Program-made: the position numbers and the translations under genes | DNA from: a virus | Lineage: Duplodnaviria > Heunggongvirae > Uroviricota > Caudoviricetes | Strand: one strand, 5' to 3' | DNA: 46,375 nt | IMG/VR virus record: IMGVR_UViG_2925891887_000007 | The notes under the pieces: generated by a model | Database searches by the model: none | What the model was told of the DNA's origin: nothing | What the model saw: the letters and a program-made list of their open reading frames with translations, nothing else | Shown here: positions 18,141-28,032 of the stretch, in pieces | Layout of the letters: every line of letters starts with the position of its first letter | How positions within the stretch are numbered: position 1 is the stretch's first letter

Positions 18141-18485
18141 ATGACTCAAAAATATGAACTGATTGTGAAAGGGATCCGCAATTTTGAGAATAAAGTTACG
18201 GTAACTTTAGCGTTACGGGACAAAGAACGCTTTGACGGTGAAATTTTTGACCTGGACATCTCGCTGGACCGTGTTGAAGGTGCCGCGCTGGAGTTTTATG
18301 AGGCAGCAGCCAGAAGGAGCATCAGACAGGTCTTCCTGGATGTTGCTGCCGGGTTATGTGAAGGGGATGAGCTGTCGCCGGAAAAGCGCCCCATAATTTT
18401 AGAGGCGCAGAATGTGTGGATAACCTACAAAGGAAAGCTACCGGGAAGAATTACTGGTTCTCTGAAGACTCCGCCGAAATGGTAA
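18141..18485 (+). CDS. Hypothetical protein inserted between holin and endolysin
   Basis: 114-aa ORF 4 nt after holin stop with GGGGAGAG RBS. Confidence 0.5.
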   Translation: MTQKYELIVKGIRNFENKVTVTLALRDKERFDGEIFDLDISLDRVEGAALEFYEAAARRSIRQVFLDVAAGLCEGDELSPEKRPIILEAQNVWITYKGKLPGRITGSLKTPPKW

Positions 18486-18723
18486 TTTCACCAGCATATT
18501 TTTCTTCCAGTAATACCGCCAGCCACTTGAAAGAATTTTGTTGTTGCTGGGACCATTTGGGGTTGAGTGATTCAAGCTGGAGCGATGCCAGTGTTGGTTG
18601 CATTTGTTCCTTGGGAATTGAGAATGCCAGATATGAAAATGCGACAGTAAGGGCATTTACATCATCCCGAAGCTTGGAAATGCAGTCGAGCAACTCCTGT
18701 AGAGAAATGGTGCTATTGTCCAT
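18451..18723 (-). CDS. Hypothetical antisense-oriented protein within lysis cassette
   Basis: 90-aa minus-strand ORF, ATG preceded by GAGAGGA; 3' end overlaps the plus-strand ORF by 35 nt. Confidence 0.4.
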   Translation of the reverse strand: MDNSTISLQELLDCISKLRDDVNALTVAFSYLAFSIPKEQMQPTLASLQLESLNPKWSQQQQNSFKWLAVLLEEKYAGEITISAESSENQ

Positions 18724-18828
18724 AAACAATCCTCTCTATTGTATTTAACTATTCCTTGCCTGATTCAACAGGCCGGGACAGATAAACATATCCAGGGTTC
18801 AGAAACCGATAAATCCTGATAAATATCC

Positions 18829-19371
18829 ATGAACGTAAAAATCAGATACGGCCTGTCGGCTGCCGTTCTGGCACTGATTGCCGTCCGTGCGCCTGCGCCT
18901 GATATTCTCGACCAGTTTCTGAATGAAAAAGAAGGTAACCACACAACGGCATACCGCGATGGTTCCGGCATCTGGACCATCTGTCGGGGTGCCACGGTGG
19001 TGGATGGAAAACCCGTTTTTCCCGGTATGAAACTGTCGAAGGAAAAATGCGACCAGGTTAACGCCATTGAACGGGATAAGGCGCTGGCATGGGTGGAGCG
19101 CAATATTAAAGTGCCACTGACCGAACCACAGAAAGCGGGTATAGCGTCATTTTGTCCCTATAACATTGGCCCCGGTAAGTGTTTCCCGTCGACGTTTTAT
19201 AAGCGGCTGAATGCCGATGATCGTAAGGGGGCATGCGAGGCGATTCGCTGGTGGATAAAAGATGGTGGGCGTGATTGCCGCCTGACAAAAGGGCAGAAGA
19301 ATGGCTGTTATGGGCAGGTCGAGCGGCGCGATCAGGAAAGCGCACTGGCGTGCTGGGGGCTGGAGCAATGA
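18829..19371 (+). CDS. R: SAR endolysin (T4-type lysozyme fold)
   Basis: N-terminal hydrophobic SAR segment, then lysozyme-like region (EGNHTTAYRDGSGIWTICRG). Confidence 0.9.
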   Translation: MNVKIRYGLSAAVLALIAVRAPAPDILDQFLNEKEGNHTTAYRDGSGIWTICRGATVVDGKPVFPGMKLSKEKCDQVNAIERDKALAWVERNIKVPLTEPQKAGIASFCPYNIGPGKCFPSTFYKRLNADDRKGACEAIRWWIKDGGRDCRLTKGQKNGCYGQVERRDQESALACWGLEQ

Positions 19372-19904
19372 AAATTAATCCGGATCTTATAGGCGTTGTC
19401 GTTATTGCTGGCCTTTCGGTCGCTCTCGTCAAGAGTTGCTCTCACGCCAGTAATCTTCAGAGCGATAACGACGTTCTGCGAAGTGACAACTCTATGCTGG
19501 GGCAGGTAATCGCCACCCAGGCATTCAACTTCAATCGATTCAATCAGGTTGCAGAACATGCCAACAGTCTTAACTCCCTGATCGACACCAGCACCGAAAA
19601 AACCGTAATCGAATACCGGGAGATTCTCCGCCGTGAAAAAACCTGTGATCTGCCTGTTCCTGCTGATATCGCTGGTGGGTTGCTCGAATACACGTACCGT
19701 TTACGTGCCAGCGCCATGCACACCGATACCGGCAGACCTAATGAAGCCTATGATCGTACCGCTACCACCAGCTCAATGACCTACTGCCAAGCTGTCTTGT
19801 GGATTAAGCCGCTACTGGCGTTGATAGAAAAAGGAAATAATAATTTTTCGAGTATTCGTGAAATTGATGAGTTGCGTTACAGACCATCTGAGCATGGCCA
19901 GTAA
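19368..19904 (+). CDS. Rz: i-spanin Rz
   Basis: ATGA overlap with endolysin stop; N-terminal TM segment; contains embedded Rz1 frame. Confidence 0.75.
   Translation: MKINPDLIGVVVIAGLSVALVKSCSHASNLQSDNDVLRSDNSMLGQVIATQAFNFNRFNQVAEHANSLNSLIDTSTEKTVIEYREILRREKTCDLPVPADIAGGLLEYTYRLRASAMHTDTGRPNEAYDRTATTSSMTYCQAVLWIKPLLALIEKGNNNFSSIREIDELRYRPSEHGQ
19633..19779 (+). CDS. Rz1: o-spanin Rz1 (embedded in Rz, +1 frame)
   Basis: 48 codons: VKKPVICLFLLISLVGCSNT... lipobox LVGC, proline-rich C-terminus; GTG start. Confidence 0.7.
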   Translation: MKKPVICLFLLISLVGCSNTRTVYVPAPCTPIPADLMKPMIVPLPPAQ

Positions 19905-20072
19905 GGTTGCAGGAAATTTAAAATCTGGCGATGAAATTTAATATTAGAAATTCATTGCCTAGTGAGATTAATAATGGGCATCCCTTTGTGACGATAAGCT
20001 TTAACACATTCACAAAGGGATATTTAATATAGGGTGGTTAATTCCCACTTGCTGTGGTGTTTAGGGGGTAAT

Positions 20073-20765
20073 TCAAATCTTATCTAACTCATTATAGGCT
20101 TCGATAATAAAAATTCTGATTTTAATAAGGCATGATTCAATGAAAGGAATTACTTCATGGTCATTCCCATGGAATCTTATTTTTTTCTCTTCGGTAATGA
20201 CTATGTTTAAAGGTACACCATTACCACTTCTTTGTAATTTCCCATTTTCGAAAGTAAAGTCTTCTAATTTTTTGCCATTGATGTGGTTGTTTTTAAAGAG
20301 AATTTTTGCTGAGCTTCCTGCTGTGATTAAACCAAAACCATCTACGCTCACACTTAGGTCTTTAACAGAACTCTCTTCTCTTAAGGGGATTGGTTGTCTG
20401 TGCTTTACTTCATTAGTGAGATTACACATCATTTCCAACCAAGATTCGCCAGTGTGATAATCCTGTATAGAAGTAAAAATTTTATATAATGGAGAAGATG
20501 ATGGTGGGTTTATTTTTAGCGTCTTTGAGAAAAATTTATCAATAAACTCTTTTTTTCCGTAAGGGAAATATATTTTGGGGCGCTCATCATTACTGCGTGG
20601 AGAAATATATTTATCATAGGTATCATTAGCGAGATACTCTAAGGAACTTCGTAAGTTTTCCAAAATAGCTTTGACTTTTACAGGCTTGATATGCTGTGTC
20701 TGTCTCATTATGCCAAGACTTTCTTCAACTTCTTGCAATAAGTCCAACGAGCCTTCTCTAGACAT
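20073..20765 (-). CDS. Hypothetical 230-aa protein, low-GC cargo between lysis genes and cos
   Basis: Minus-strand ORF in AT-rich DNA flanked by long AT-rich intergenic regions. Confidence 0.65.
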   Translation of the reverse strand: MSREGSLDLLQEVEESLGIMRQTQHIKPVKVKAILENLRSSLEYLANDTYDKYISPRSNDERPKIYFPYGKKEFIDKFFSKTLKINPPSSSPLYKIFTSIQDYHTGESWLEMMCNLTNEVKHRQPIPLREESSVKDLSVSVDGFGLITAGSSAKILFKNNHINGKKLEDFTFENGKLQRSGNGVPLNIVITEEKKIRFHGNDHEVIPFIESCLIKIRIFIIEAYNELDKI

Positions 20766-21150
20766 ACAGGTAATTCTCCTTTATGAATTTTCAACATGTT
20801 ATAACTAATAATATATTTATCATATAACTGTATGAATAAATTGTGAGATTAGTAATGCAAGTTTCTATCCATAGTGTTCTCTAAGTACCCGCTTCCATCA
20901 TGTTGTTACGGACGGTATGGCTAAAACAAAGCACCTGAAGTTAAACGTTCTGAACTTTATGCTCGTTGAGCATATGAATTATCTGTAACCCGATGCGCTG
21001 GTTGTGGTTCACATTGATGGTCGTAATCAGCAGCGGTGGTGCCTGATGGCATGCAACTTCTTACTTATAAAACTTCGTATGGAATTGTTGCCATAACGAG
21101 CCCAGCTTAGCAGTTTTTAATGGGTCCTCCCGGCAGTGTGTCCTGCCACG

Positions 21151-21167
21151 GGGCGGGAGCGTCGCGG
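21151..21167. other. Candidate cos site (cosN-like)
   Basis: GGGCGGGAGCGTCGCGG resembles lambda GGGCGGCGACCTCGCGG; about 170 bp upstream of small terminase gene. Confidence 0.35.
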
Positions 21168-21336
21168 AAAAAGGCTAGTTTTTGAAATTTCATTCGTCAT
21201 CACCACTACTTTAATATATTGATATTACAGTGGTTTTATTTTTATGGTGTCGATTTTGATTGTTTTTTGTTCATCACTAACACCGTTTGCCTAAAGTTGT
21301 TCGCAAGATGCATGTTTAAAACATTCTGGAGCGGGT

Positions 21337-21831
21337 ATGGATCGAGAGTTGAAAAATCTGACGCTGAATATCAGTCAACTGGCGGCACTGTCAGGTGTAC
21401 ATCGCCAGACTGCTGCGGCAAGGCTGCAAAATCTACCCGTTGCAGGGGGGCATGAAAGCAACCTCAAGCTTTATCGGGTGGTTGATATTGTGTCGGCATT
21501 TCTGGCATTGCCACCGCCGGTTGCAGAAGGCGAAATGGACGCGCATGAGCGCAAAGCCTGGTATCAGTCTGAACGTGAGCGTCTTAAGTTCGAACAGGAA
21601 ACGGCACAACTCATTCCGGCCAGTGATGTCAGACGGGAGTTTGCCATCTGGGCAAAAGCGGTCGTGCAGGTGCTGGAGACATTACCGGATATTCTGGAAC
21701 GTGACTGCGGTCTGCAGCCTGCCGCTGTGAGCCGTGTTCAGTCCATTATTGATGATCTGCGCGATCAGATAGCCCTGCGGGTGACTGAAGCAGGTGCGGA
21801 TGATGAGGAGGAATTACAGCAGGAGGAGTAA
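21337..21831 (+). CDS. nu1: Terminase small subunit (Nu1-like)
   Basis: 164 aa with N-terminal HTH-like region and acidic C-terminus; immediately upstream of large terminase. Confidence 0.8.
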   Translation: MDRELKNLTLNISQLAALSGVHRQTAAARLQNLPVAGGHESNLKLYRVVDIVSAFLALPPPVAEGEMDAHERKAWYQSERERLKFEQETAQLIPASDVRREFAIWAKAVVQVLETLPDILERDCGLQPAAVSRVQSIIDDLRDQIALRVTEAGADDEEELQQEE

Positions 21832-23933
21832 TGCTGAATCAGGAAACCGCAAAGGCAGCACGAACCGATTCAGGTTATATCCTTCGCGCACCGAGACGAA
21901 TGCGGGTTGCTGATGCCGTTGCTCAGTATATGCGGGTGCCCATGGGGGCAGGGAACTCAGTCCCGTGGGATCCGCTGGTGGCACCGTATGTTATTGAGCC
22001 GATGAACTGCCTGGCCTCGCGTGAATACGACGCAGTGATATTTGTTGGTCCGGCACGAACCGGCAAGACTATCGGCCTGATTGACGGCTGGGTGATTTAC
22101 AACGTGATTTGCGATCCTGCGGATATGCTGATCATTCAGATGACGGAGGAAAAAGCCCGCGAACACTCCAAAAAACGACTTGCCAGAACGTTTCGCGTCA
22201 GCCCGGAAGTGGTCAGTCGCCTGAGTCCGAACAAAAATGACAACAACGTTTATGACAGAACATTCCTTGCTGGCAACTACCTGAAAATCGGCTGGCCGTC
22301 AGTCAATATCATGTCCTCATCAGATTATAAATGCGTGGCGCTGACGGATTATGACCGTTTTCCGGAAGATATTGATGGCGAGGGGGATGCCTTCTCTCTT
22401 GCCTCAAAACGTACCACCACATTTATGTCCAGTGGTATGACGCTGGTGGAGAGTTCCCCCGGTAGGGATGTGAAGGATGTGAAATGGCGAAGGACTTCAC
22501 CGCATGAGGCTCCACCAACCACGGGGATACTGTCGCTCTATAACCGTGGCGATCGCCGTCGCTGGTACTGGCCCTGTCCACACTGTGGTGAGTATTTTCA
22601 GCCCTGCGGCGATGTGGTTGCTGGTTTCCGTGATATTGCCGATCCCGTGCTGGCAAGTGAGGCGGCTTATATTCAGTGTCCTTCCTGTTCAGGACGGATT
22701 ATGCCTGAACAAAAACGTGAGCTGAACGGACGTGGGGTCTGGTTGCGGGATGGTGAATCCATCAATGCGGATGGCAGTCGTTATGGTGATCCCCGACGCT
22801 CACGTATTGCGTCATTCTGGATGGAGGGTCCGGCAGCTGCTTACCAGACACTCTCGCAACTCGTTTACAAACTGCTTACTGCAGAACAGGAATACGAGAC
22901 AACCGGAAGTGAAGAAACACTCAAGACGGTTATCAATACCGACTGGGGATTACCTTATCTTCCCCGCGCCAGCATGGAGCAACGAAAAAGTGAACTGCTT
23001 GAGCAGCGGGCAGAGCCAGTTCCTTCCCGCAGTGTGCCGGATGGCGTTAATTTCCTTGTGGCGACAGTGGATGTGCAGGCGGGACGTCATCGCCGTTTTG
23101 TGGTTCAGGTAACGGGCTATGGCAGCCGTGGCGAACGCTGGATTATTGATCGTTACAACATCACGCAGTCATTGCGCGGTGACAGCGACGGGGAGAGCCA
23201 GCGAATTGATCCGGCCAGCTATCCGGAAGACTGGGATGTCCTGCTGACGGATGTTTTTCATAAAAGCTGGCCGCTGGCCTCCGATCCTTCTCAACAAATG
23301 CGACTGATGGCAATGGCGGTGGACTCCGGCGGTGAAGACGGGGTCACTGATAATGCCTATAAATTCTGGCGTCGTTGCCGTCGTGATGGCCTTGGTAAAC
23401 GTATTTACCTGTTTAAGGGCGACAGCATCCGGCGCGCAAAACTGATCACCCGTACATTCCCTGATAACACCGGACGAACGGGCCGACGGGCGCAGGCCGC
23501 AGGTGATGTGCCGCTCTGGCTTCTTCAGACGGATGCACTGAAAGACCGGGTGAATAACGCGTTATGGCGTGACTCGCCAGGTCCCGGCTATGTGCATTTC
23601 CCTGACTGGCTGGGGAGCTGGTTTTACGACGAACTGACGTATGAAGAGCGGAGCAGTGACGGGAAATGGAGTAAGCCGGGTCGCGGTGCCAACGAAGCTT
23701 TTGACCTGATGGTGTATGCCGAGGCTCTGGTCATTCTGCATGGATACGAAAAGATCCGCTGGCCGGATGCACCGGAGTGGGCGAGCCGGGAAACCTGGCT
23801 GGAGTGTGTCCCGGACAGTATCGAACCGTCACCCTCACCGGAACCGGTATCCACGCCTGTTAAAAAACAAAAACGGAAGAAAACAGTAACTGACGATGTT
23901 AACCCCTGGCTGACTTCCGGAGGATGGTTATGA
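21831..23933 (+). CDS. A: Terminase large subunit (lambda A-like)
   Basis: 700 aa; Walker A-like VGPARTGKT; CPHCGEYFQ zinc motif as in lambda gpA. Confidence 0.9.
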   Translation: MLNQETAKAARTDSGYILRAPRRMRVADAVAQYMRVPMGAGNSVPWDPLVAPYVIEPMNCLASREYDAVIFVGPARTGKTIGLIDGWVIYNVICDPADMLIIQMTEEKAREHSKKRLARTFRVSPEVVSRLSPNKNDNNVYDRTFLAGNYLKIGWPSVNIMSSSDYKCVALTDYDRFPEDIDGEGDAFSLASKRTTTFMSSGMTLVESSPGRDVKDVKWRRTSPHEAPPTTGILSLYNRGDRRRWYWPCPHCGEYFQPCGDVVAGFRDIADPVLASEAAYIQCPSCSGRIMPEQKRELNGRGVWLRDGESINADGSRYGDPRRSRIASFWMEGPAAAYQTLSQLVYKLLTAEQEYETTGSEETLKTVINTDWGLPYLPRASMEQRKSELLEQRAEPVPSRSVPDGVNFLVATVDVQAGRHRRFVVQVTGYGSRGERWIIDRYNITQSLRGDSDGESQRIDPASYPEDWDVLLTDVFHKSWPLASDPSQQMRLMAMAVDSGGEDGVTDNAYKFWRRCRRDGLGKRIYLFKGDSIRRAKLITRTFPDNTGRTGRRAQAAGDVPLWLLQTDALKDRVNNALWRDSPGPGYVHFPDWLGSWFYDELTYEERSSDGKWSKPGRGANEAFDLMVYAEALVILHGYEKIRWPDAPEWASRETWLECVPDSIEPSPSPEPVSTPVKKQKRKKTVTDDVNPWLTSGGWL

Positions 23934-24142
23934 ACCAGAATGATATCGAAGCCATGATTCAGCGTTATACGGAAGCTGAAATGGCGGTGCTGGACGGAAA
24001 ATCCGTCACCTTTAATGGTCAGCAGATGACCATGGAAAACTTATCTGAGATCCGGCAGGGACGGCAGGAGTGGGAGCGCCGCCTTGCGGCTCTGATTACA
24101 CGACGACGGGGGCATCCCGGGTACCGGCTGGCGAGGTTCTGA
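23930..24142 (+). CDS. W: Head-tail joining protein W-like
   Basis: About 70 aa, GGAGG RBS, similar to lambda gpW in size and position. Confidence 0.75.
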   Translation: MNQNDIEAMIQRYTEAEMAVLDGKSVTFNGQQMTMENLSEIRQGRQEWERRLAALITRRRGHPGYRLARF

Positions 24143-25650
24143 TGGCAATTCTTGATGATGTGATTGGCGTTTTTTCACCAGGATGGAAAGCGGCAAGGCT
24201 GCGTTCCCGTGTGGTGATCCAGGCTTATGAGGCCGTAAAAACGACGCGGACACACAAAGCCCGGCGGGAAAACCGAACTGCCGACCAGTTAAGCCAGTAC
24301 GGGGCCGTGTCGTTACGTGAGCAGGCCCGTTACCTTGATAACAACCACGATCTGGTTATTGGTGTATTTGACAAGCTGGAAGAACGGGTGGTGGGGAAAA
24401 ACGGGATTATTGTCGAGCCACATCCGGTATTACGCAATGGGGCCATTGCCCGTGACCTGGCTGCGGAGATTCGCACCCGATGGAGTGAATGGTCTGTCAG
24501 CCCGGAAGTCACCGGGCAGTTTACCCGTCCGATGCTGGAACGTCTGATGCTGCGTACCTGGCTGCGCGATGGTGAGGTGTTTGCCCAGATGGTTTCCGGG
24601 CGCATAAACAGCCTGACGCCTTCTGCCGGTGTTCATTTCTGGCTGGAGGCGCTCGAGCCGGACTTTATTCCCATGACCAGTGATGAGAGCAACAGGCTGA
24701 ATCAGGGCGTGTTTGTTGATGACTGGGGGCGTCCCGAAAAATATCTGGTGTATAAAAGCCGTCCCGTATCCGGACGGCAGATGGAAACCAAAGAAGTGGA
24801 TGCAGAGCGAATGCTGCATCTTAAATTTGTTCGCCGTCTGCACCAGATGCGCGGGACGTCTTTGTTGTCCGGTGTGTTGATCCGCCTCAGTGCCCTGAAA
24901 GAGTATGAAGATTCTGAGCTGACTGCAGCAAGGATCGCCGCTGCTCTGGGGATGTACATCCGCAAAGGCGACGGGCAGAGCTATGAACCGGATGGTAATG
25001 GCAGCAAGGATAAGGAACGCGAGCTTACCATTCAGCCAGGCATTATTTACGACGATCTGAAACCCGGCGAAGAAATCGGAATGGTGAAGTCGGATCGCCC
25101 CAATCCTAATCTTGAAACTTTTCGTAATGGTCAGTTGCGTGCAGTGGCGGCTGGCAGTCGTCTGAGTTTTTCCAGTACTGCGCGCAACTATAACGGCACT
25201 TACAGCGCCCAGCGTCAGGAGCTGGTTGAATCCACTGATGGCTACCTGATCCTGCAGGACTGGTTTATTGGTGCCGTCACCCGCCCGATGTATCGTGCCT
25301 GGCTGAAACAGGCTGTGGCATCCGGTGTTATCAGGCTACCCCGCGATCTTGACCGTTCTTCACTGTATACCGCGGTGTATTCCGGACCGGTGATGCCGTG
25401 GATTGACCCTGTTAAGGAGGCTGAGGCCTGGAAAATCCAGATTCGTGGTGGAGCGGCGACAGAATCAGACTGGGTACGTGCTGGTGGTCGTAATCCGGAT
25501 GATGTCAAACGTCGGCGCAAGGCCGAAATTGATGAAAACCGCAAGCTGGATCTGGTATTTGATACCGATCCGGCCAGTGATAAAGGAGGCAGCAGTGCCG
25601 CAACGAAACGACAGGAGCCGCAGCACACCGACGACCAGTCCGAAGAATAA
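24142..25650 (+). CDS. B: Portal protein (lambda B family)
   Basis: ATG overlapping W stop (TGATG); 502 aa after terminase/W. Confidence 0.88.
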   Translation: MAILDDVIGVFSPGWKAARLRSRVVIQAYEAVKTTRTHKARRENRTADQLSQYGAVSLREQARYLDNNHDLVIGVFDKLEERVVGKNGIIVEPHPVLRNGAIARDLAAEIRTRWSEWSVSPEVTGQFTRPMLERLMLRTWLRDGEVFAQMVSGRINSLTPSAGVHFWLEALEPDFIPMTSDESNRLNQGVFVDDWGRPEKYLVYKSRPVSGRQMETKEVDAERMLHLKFVRRLHQMRGTSLLSGVLIRLSALKEYEDSELTAARIAAALGMYIRKGDGQSYEPDGNGSKDKERELTIQPGIIYDDLKPGEEIGMVKSDRPNPNLETFRNGQLRAVAAGSRLSFSSTARNYNGTYSAQRQELVESTDGYLILQDWFIGAVTRPMYRAWLKQAVASGVIRLPRDLDRSSLYTAVYSGPVMPWIDPVKEAEAWKIQIRGGAATESDWVRAGGRNPDDVKRRRKAEIDENRKLDLVFDTDPASDKGGSSAATKRQEPQHTDDQSEE

Positions 25651-25663
25651 TTCCTGGTTCAGG

Positions 25664-27622
25664 ATGCAGGCTGGTCACCAGAGTGACGCGGATATTTATA
25701 TTTATGACGAGATTGGTTTCTGGGGTGTTACAGCGAAGCAGTTTATCAGTGATCTGAATACACTGGGCGATATCACCCACATTAATCTCCATATTAATTC
25801 ACCGGGTGGCGATGTCTTTGAAGGCATCGCCATTTTTAATGCGCTGAAAACACATGGTGCGTCCATTACCGTTTATGTCGACGGTGTGGCGGCGTCAATG
25901 GCGTCGGTCATTGCGATGGTGGGAAACCCGGTCATTATGCCGGAAAACACCTTCATGATGATTCATAAACCATTTGGCTTTACGGGCGGTGATGCGGAGG
26001 ACATGCGCACCTATGCCGACCTGCTCGATAAGGTTGAGGCGGTTCTGTTACCCGCTTATGCACAGAAAACCGGGAAAACCACCGATGAAATTGCTGCCAT
26101 GCTGGCGGATGAGACCTGGATGTCCGGTGCCGAATGTCTGGCACAGGGATTTGCTGATCAGGTGACGCCAGCCGTTAAGGCAATGGCATGTATTCAGTCA
26201 AAACGTACAGAGGAATTTAAAAAGATGCCGGAATCCATTCGAAACATGATTACTCCGCCACGCAACAGTGCTCCACGCGTACAGGATGATGAACCTGCAG
26301 CCTCCCGGACGCCAGTGCAGGCAGCAGCACCCGTGGTGGATGAAAACAGTATCCGTGCGCAGGTACTGGCAGAGCAAAAAGCGCGTGTAAACGGTATTAA
26401 TGATCTGTTTGCCATGTTTGGCGGGCGTTATCAGACGCTGCAGGCTCAGTGTCTTGCCGATCCTGAATGTTCGCTGGATCAGGCCCGCGAAAAGCTGTTG
26501 AACGAGATGGGGCGCGAGTCCACGCCATCCAATAAAAATACCCCGGCTCATATTTATGCCGGAAACGGTAATTTTGTGGGGGACGGGATCCGCCAGGCGC
26601 TGATGGCGCGTGCCGGATTTGAAAAAACCGAACGTGATAATGTCTACAACGGGATGACCCTGCGTGAATATGCCCGTATGTCACTGACTGAACGGGGTAT
26701 TGGGGTTTCCGGTTATAACCCGATGCAGATGGTCGGTGCGGCGTTCACACACAGTACGTCTGACTTCGGTAATATTCTGCTGGATGTTGCGAACAAAGCC
26801 ATTCTGCAGGGCTGGGAAGATGCCCCTGAAACCTATGAACAGTGGACGCGGAAAGGTCAGTTGTCTGATTTTAAAATTGCCCATCGTGTGGGTATGGGGG
26901 GCTTCAGTGCTCTGCGTCAGGTGCGTGAAGGGGCGGAATATAAATACGTCACCACCGGAGATAAACAGGCCACTATTGCACTGGCGACCTATGGCGAGCT
27001 GTTCAGTATCACCCGTCAGGCCATTATCAATGATGATCTGAATATGCTGACCGATGTCCCGATGAAACTGGGCCGTGCGGCGAAATCCACTATTGCCGAT
27101 CTGGTTTATGCCATTCTGACGTCTAACCCGAAAATCTCCACAGATAATGTAAGTCTGTTCGATAAAGCGAAACATGCAAACGTACTGGAGAGCGCGGCAA
27201 TGGACGTGGCATCGCTGGATAAAGCCCGCCAGTTGATGCGCGTTCAGAAAGAGGGGGAGCGTCATCTGAATATTCGTCCTGCGTTCGTACTGGTACCGAC
27301 GGCGATGGAGTCTGTTGCTAACCAGGTCATTCGCTCCTCAAGTGTCAAGGGGGCTGACATTAACGCCGGTATTATTAACCCGGTGAAAGATTTTGCGACC
27401 GTTATTGCAGAGCCTCGTCTTGATGATAACAGCCAGACCACCTTCTACCTGGCTGCGTCAAAAGGCTCCGATACGATTGAAGTGGCTTATCTCAACGGTG
27501 TGGATACGCCATATATTGATCAGATGGAGGGCTTCAGTGTGGATGGCGTGACAACGAAAGTGCGTATTGACGCCGGTGTCGCGCCAGTTGATCACCGCGG
27601 TCTGGTGAAATGTACGGCGTAA
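25664..27622 (+). CDS. Prohead protease (ClpP/S49-like) fused to major capsid protein
   Basis: N-terminus IYIYDEIGFWGV...INSPGGDV protease motifs; long C-terminal capsid-like region; start placed after portal stop. Confidence 0.8.
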   Translation: MQAGHQSDADIYIYDEIGFWGVTAKQFISDLNTLGDITHINLHINSPGGDVFEGIAIFNALKTHGASITVYVDGVAASMASVIAMVGNPVIMPENTFMMIHKPFGFTGGDAEDMRTYADLLDKVEAVLLPAYAQKTGKTTDEIAAMLADETWMSGAECLAQGFADQVTPAVKAMACIQSKRTEEFKKMPESIRNMITPPRNSAPRVQDDEPAASRTPVQAAAPVVDENSIRAQVLAEQKARVNGINDLFAMFGGRYQTLQAQCLADPECSLDQAREKLLNEMGRESTPSNKNTPAHIYAGNGNFVGDGIRQALMARAGFEKTERDNVYNGMTLREYARMSLTERGIGVSGYNPMQMVGAAFTHSTSDFGNILLDVANKAILQGWEDAPETYEQWTRKGQLSDFKIAHRVGMGGFSALRQVREGAEYKYVTTGDKQATIALATYGELFSITRQAIINDDLNMLTDVPMKLGRAAKSTIADLVYAILTSNPKISTDNVSLFDKAKHANVLESAAMDVASLDKARQLMRVQKEGERHLNIRPAFVLVPTAMESVANQVIRSSSVKGADINAGIINPVKDFATVIAEPRLDDNSQTTFYLAASKGSDTIEVAYLNGVDTPYIDQMEGFSVDGVTTKVRIDAGVAPVDHRGLVKCTA

Positions 27623-27642
27623 ACGTCGCAGACAACAACTCT

Positions 27643-27662
27643 GATGGCCCGTAAGGGCTTTT
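27643..27662 (+). terminator. Hairpin plus T-run after capsid gene
   Basis: GGCCCGTAAGGGCTTTTTTT; second hairpin CAGCCCCTGAACGGGGCTG follows. Confidence 0.45.
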
Positions 27663-27708
27663 TTTGTACCTGAAATCAGCCCCTGAACGGGGCTGTGCGG
27701 AGACAGTT

Positions 27709-28032
27709 ATGGCAAAGAATTTTGTAGAAGAAGGAAAAACGGTGGCGATTGTTGCCAGTGCAGCCATCAGCAGCGGAGATCTGGTGCAGGTGGGTGATGT
27801 TTTTGCGGTGGCGCTGACCGATATTCCACAGGGTGAAACAGGCGACGGCATGACCGAAGGTGTGTTTATCCTGCCTAAACTGAAAACGGATGACATGAAA
27901 ACGGGTAAGAAGGTTTATCTGAAGTCCGGAAAAGTTCAGCTGACTAACAGCGGCTCTGATCCGCTGGTCGGGGTTGTCTGGGCAGATGCCGGAACCAGTG
28001 CAGAAGAAGTGCCGGTAAAACTCAATGTCTGA
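27709..28032 (+). CDS. Small head-associated protein
   Basis: 107 aa from MAKNFVEEGK with GGAG RBS; position after capsid gene. Confidence 0.6.
   Translation: MAKNFVEEGKTVAIVASAAISSGDLVQVGDVFAVALTDIPQGETGDGMTEGVFILPKLKTDDMKTGKKVYLKSGKVQLTNSGSDPLVGVVWADAGTSAEEVPVKLNV

Noticed and set aside
19275-19367. N-terminal extension of the Rz ORF overlapping the endolysin
   Set aside because: Better start is the ATG at 19368 overlapping the endolysin stop (ATGA), giving a typical Rz N-terminus.
25403-25663. N-terminal extension of the protease-capsid ORF overlapping the portal gene
   Set aside because: Overlaps 250 nt of the portal coding sequence; protease motifs begin right after the Met at 25664.
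26194-27265. Minus-strand ORFs inside the capsid gene (26198-26551, 26681-27265)
   Set aside because: Antisense to a strongly supported coding region; no supporting signals.
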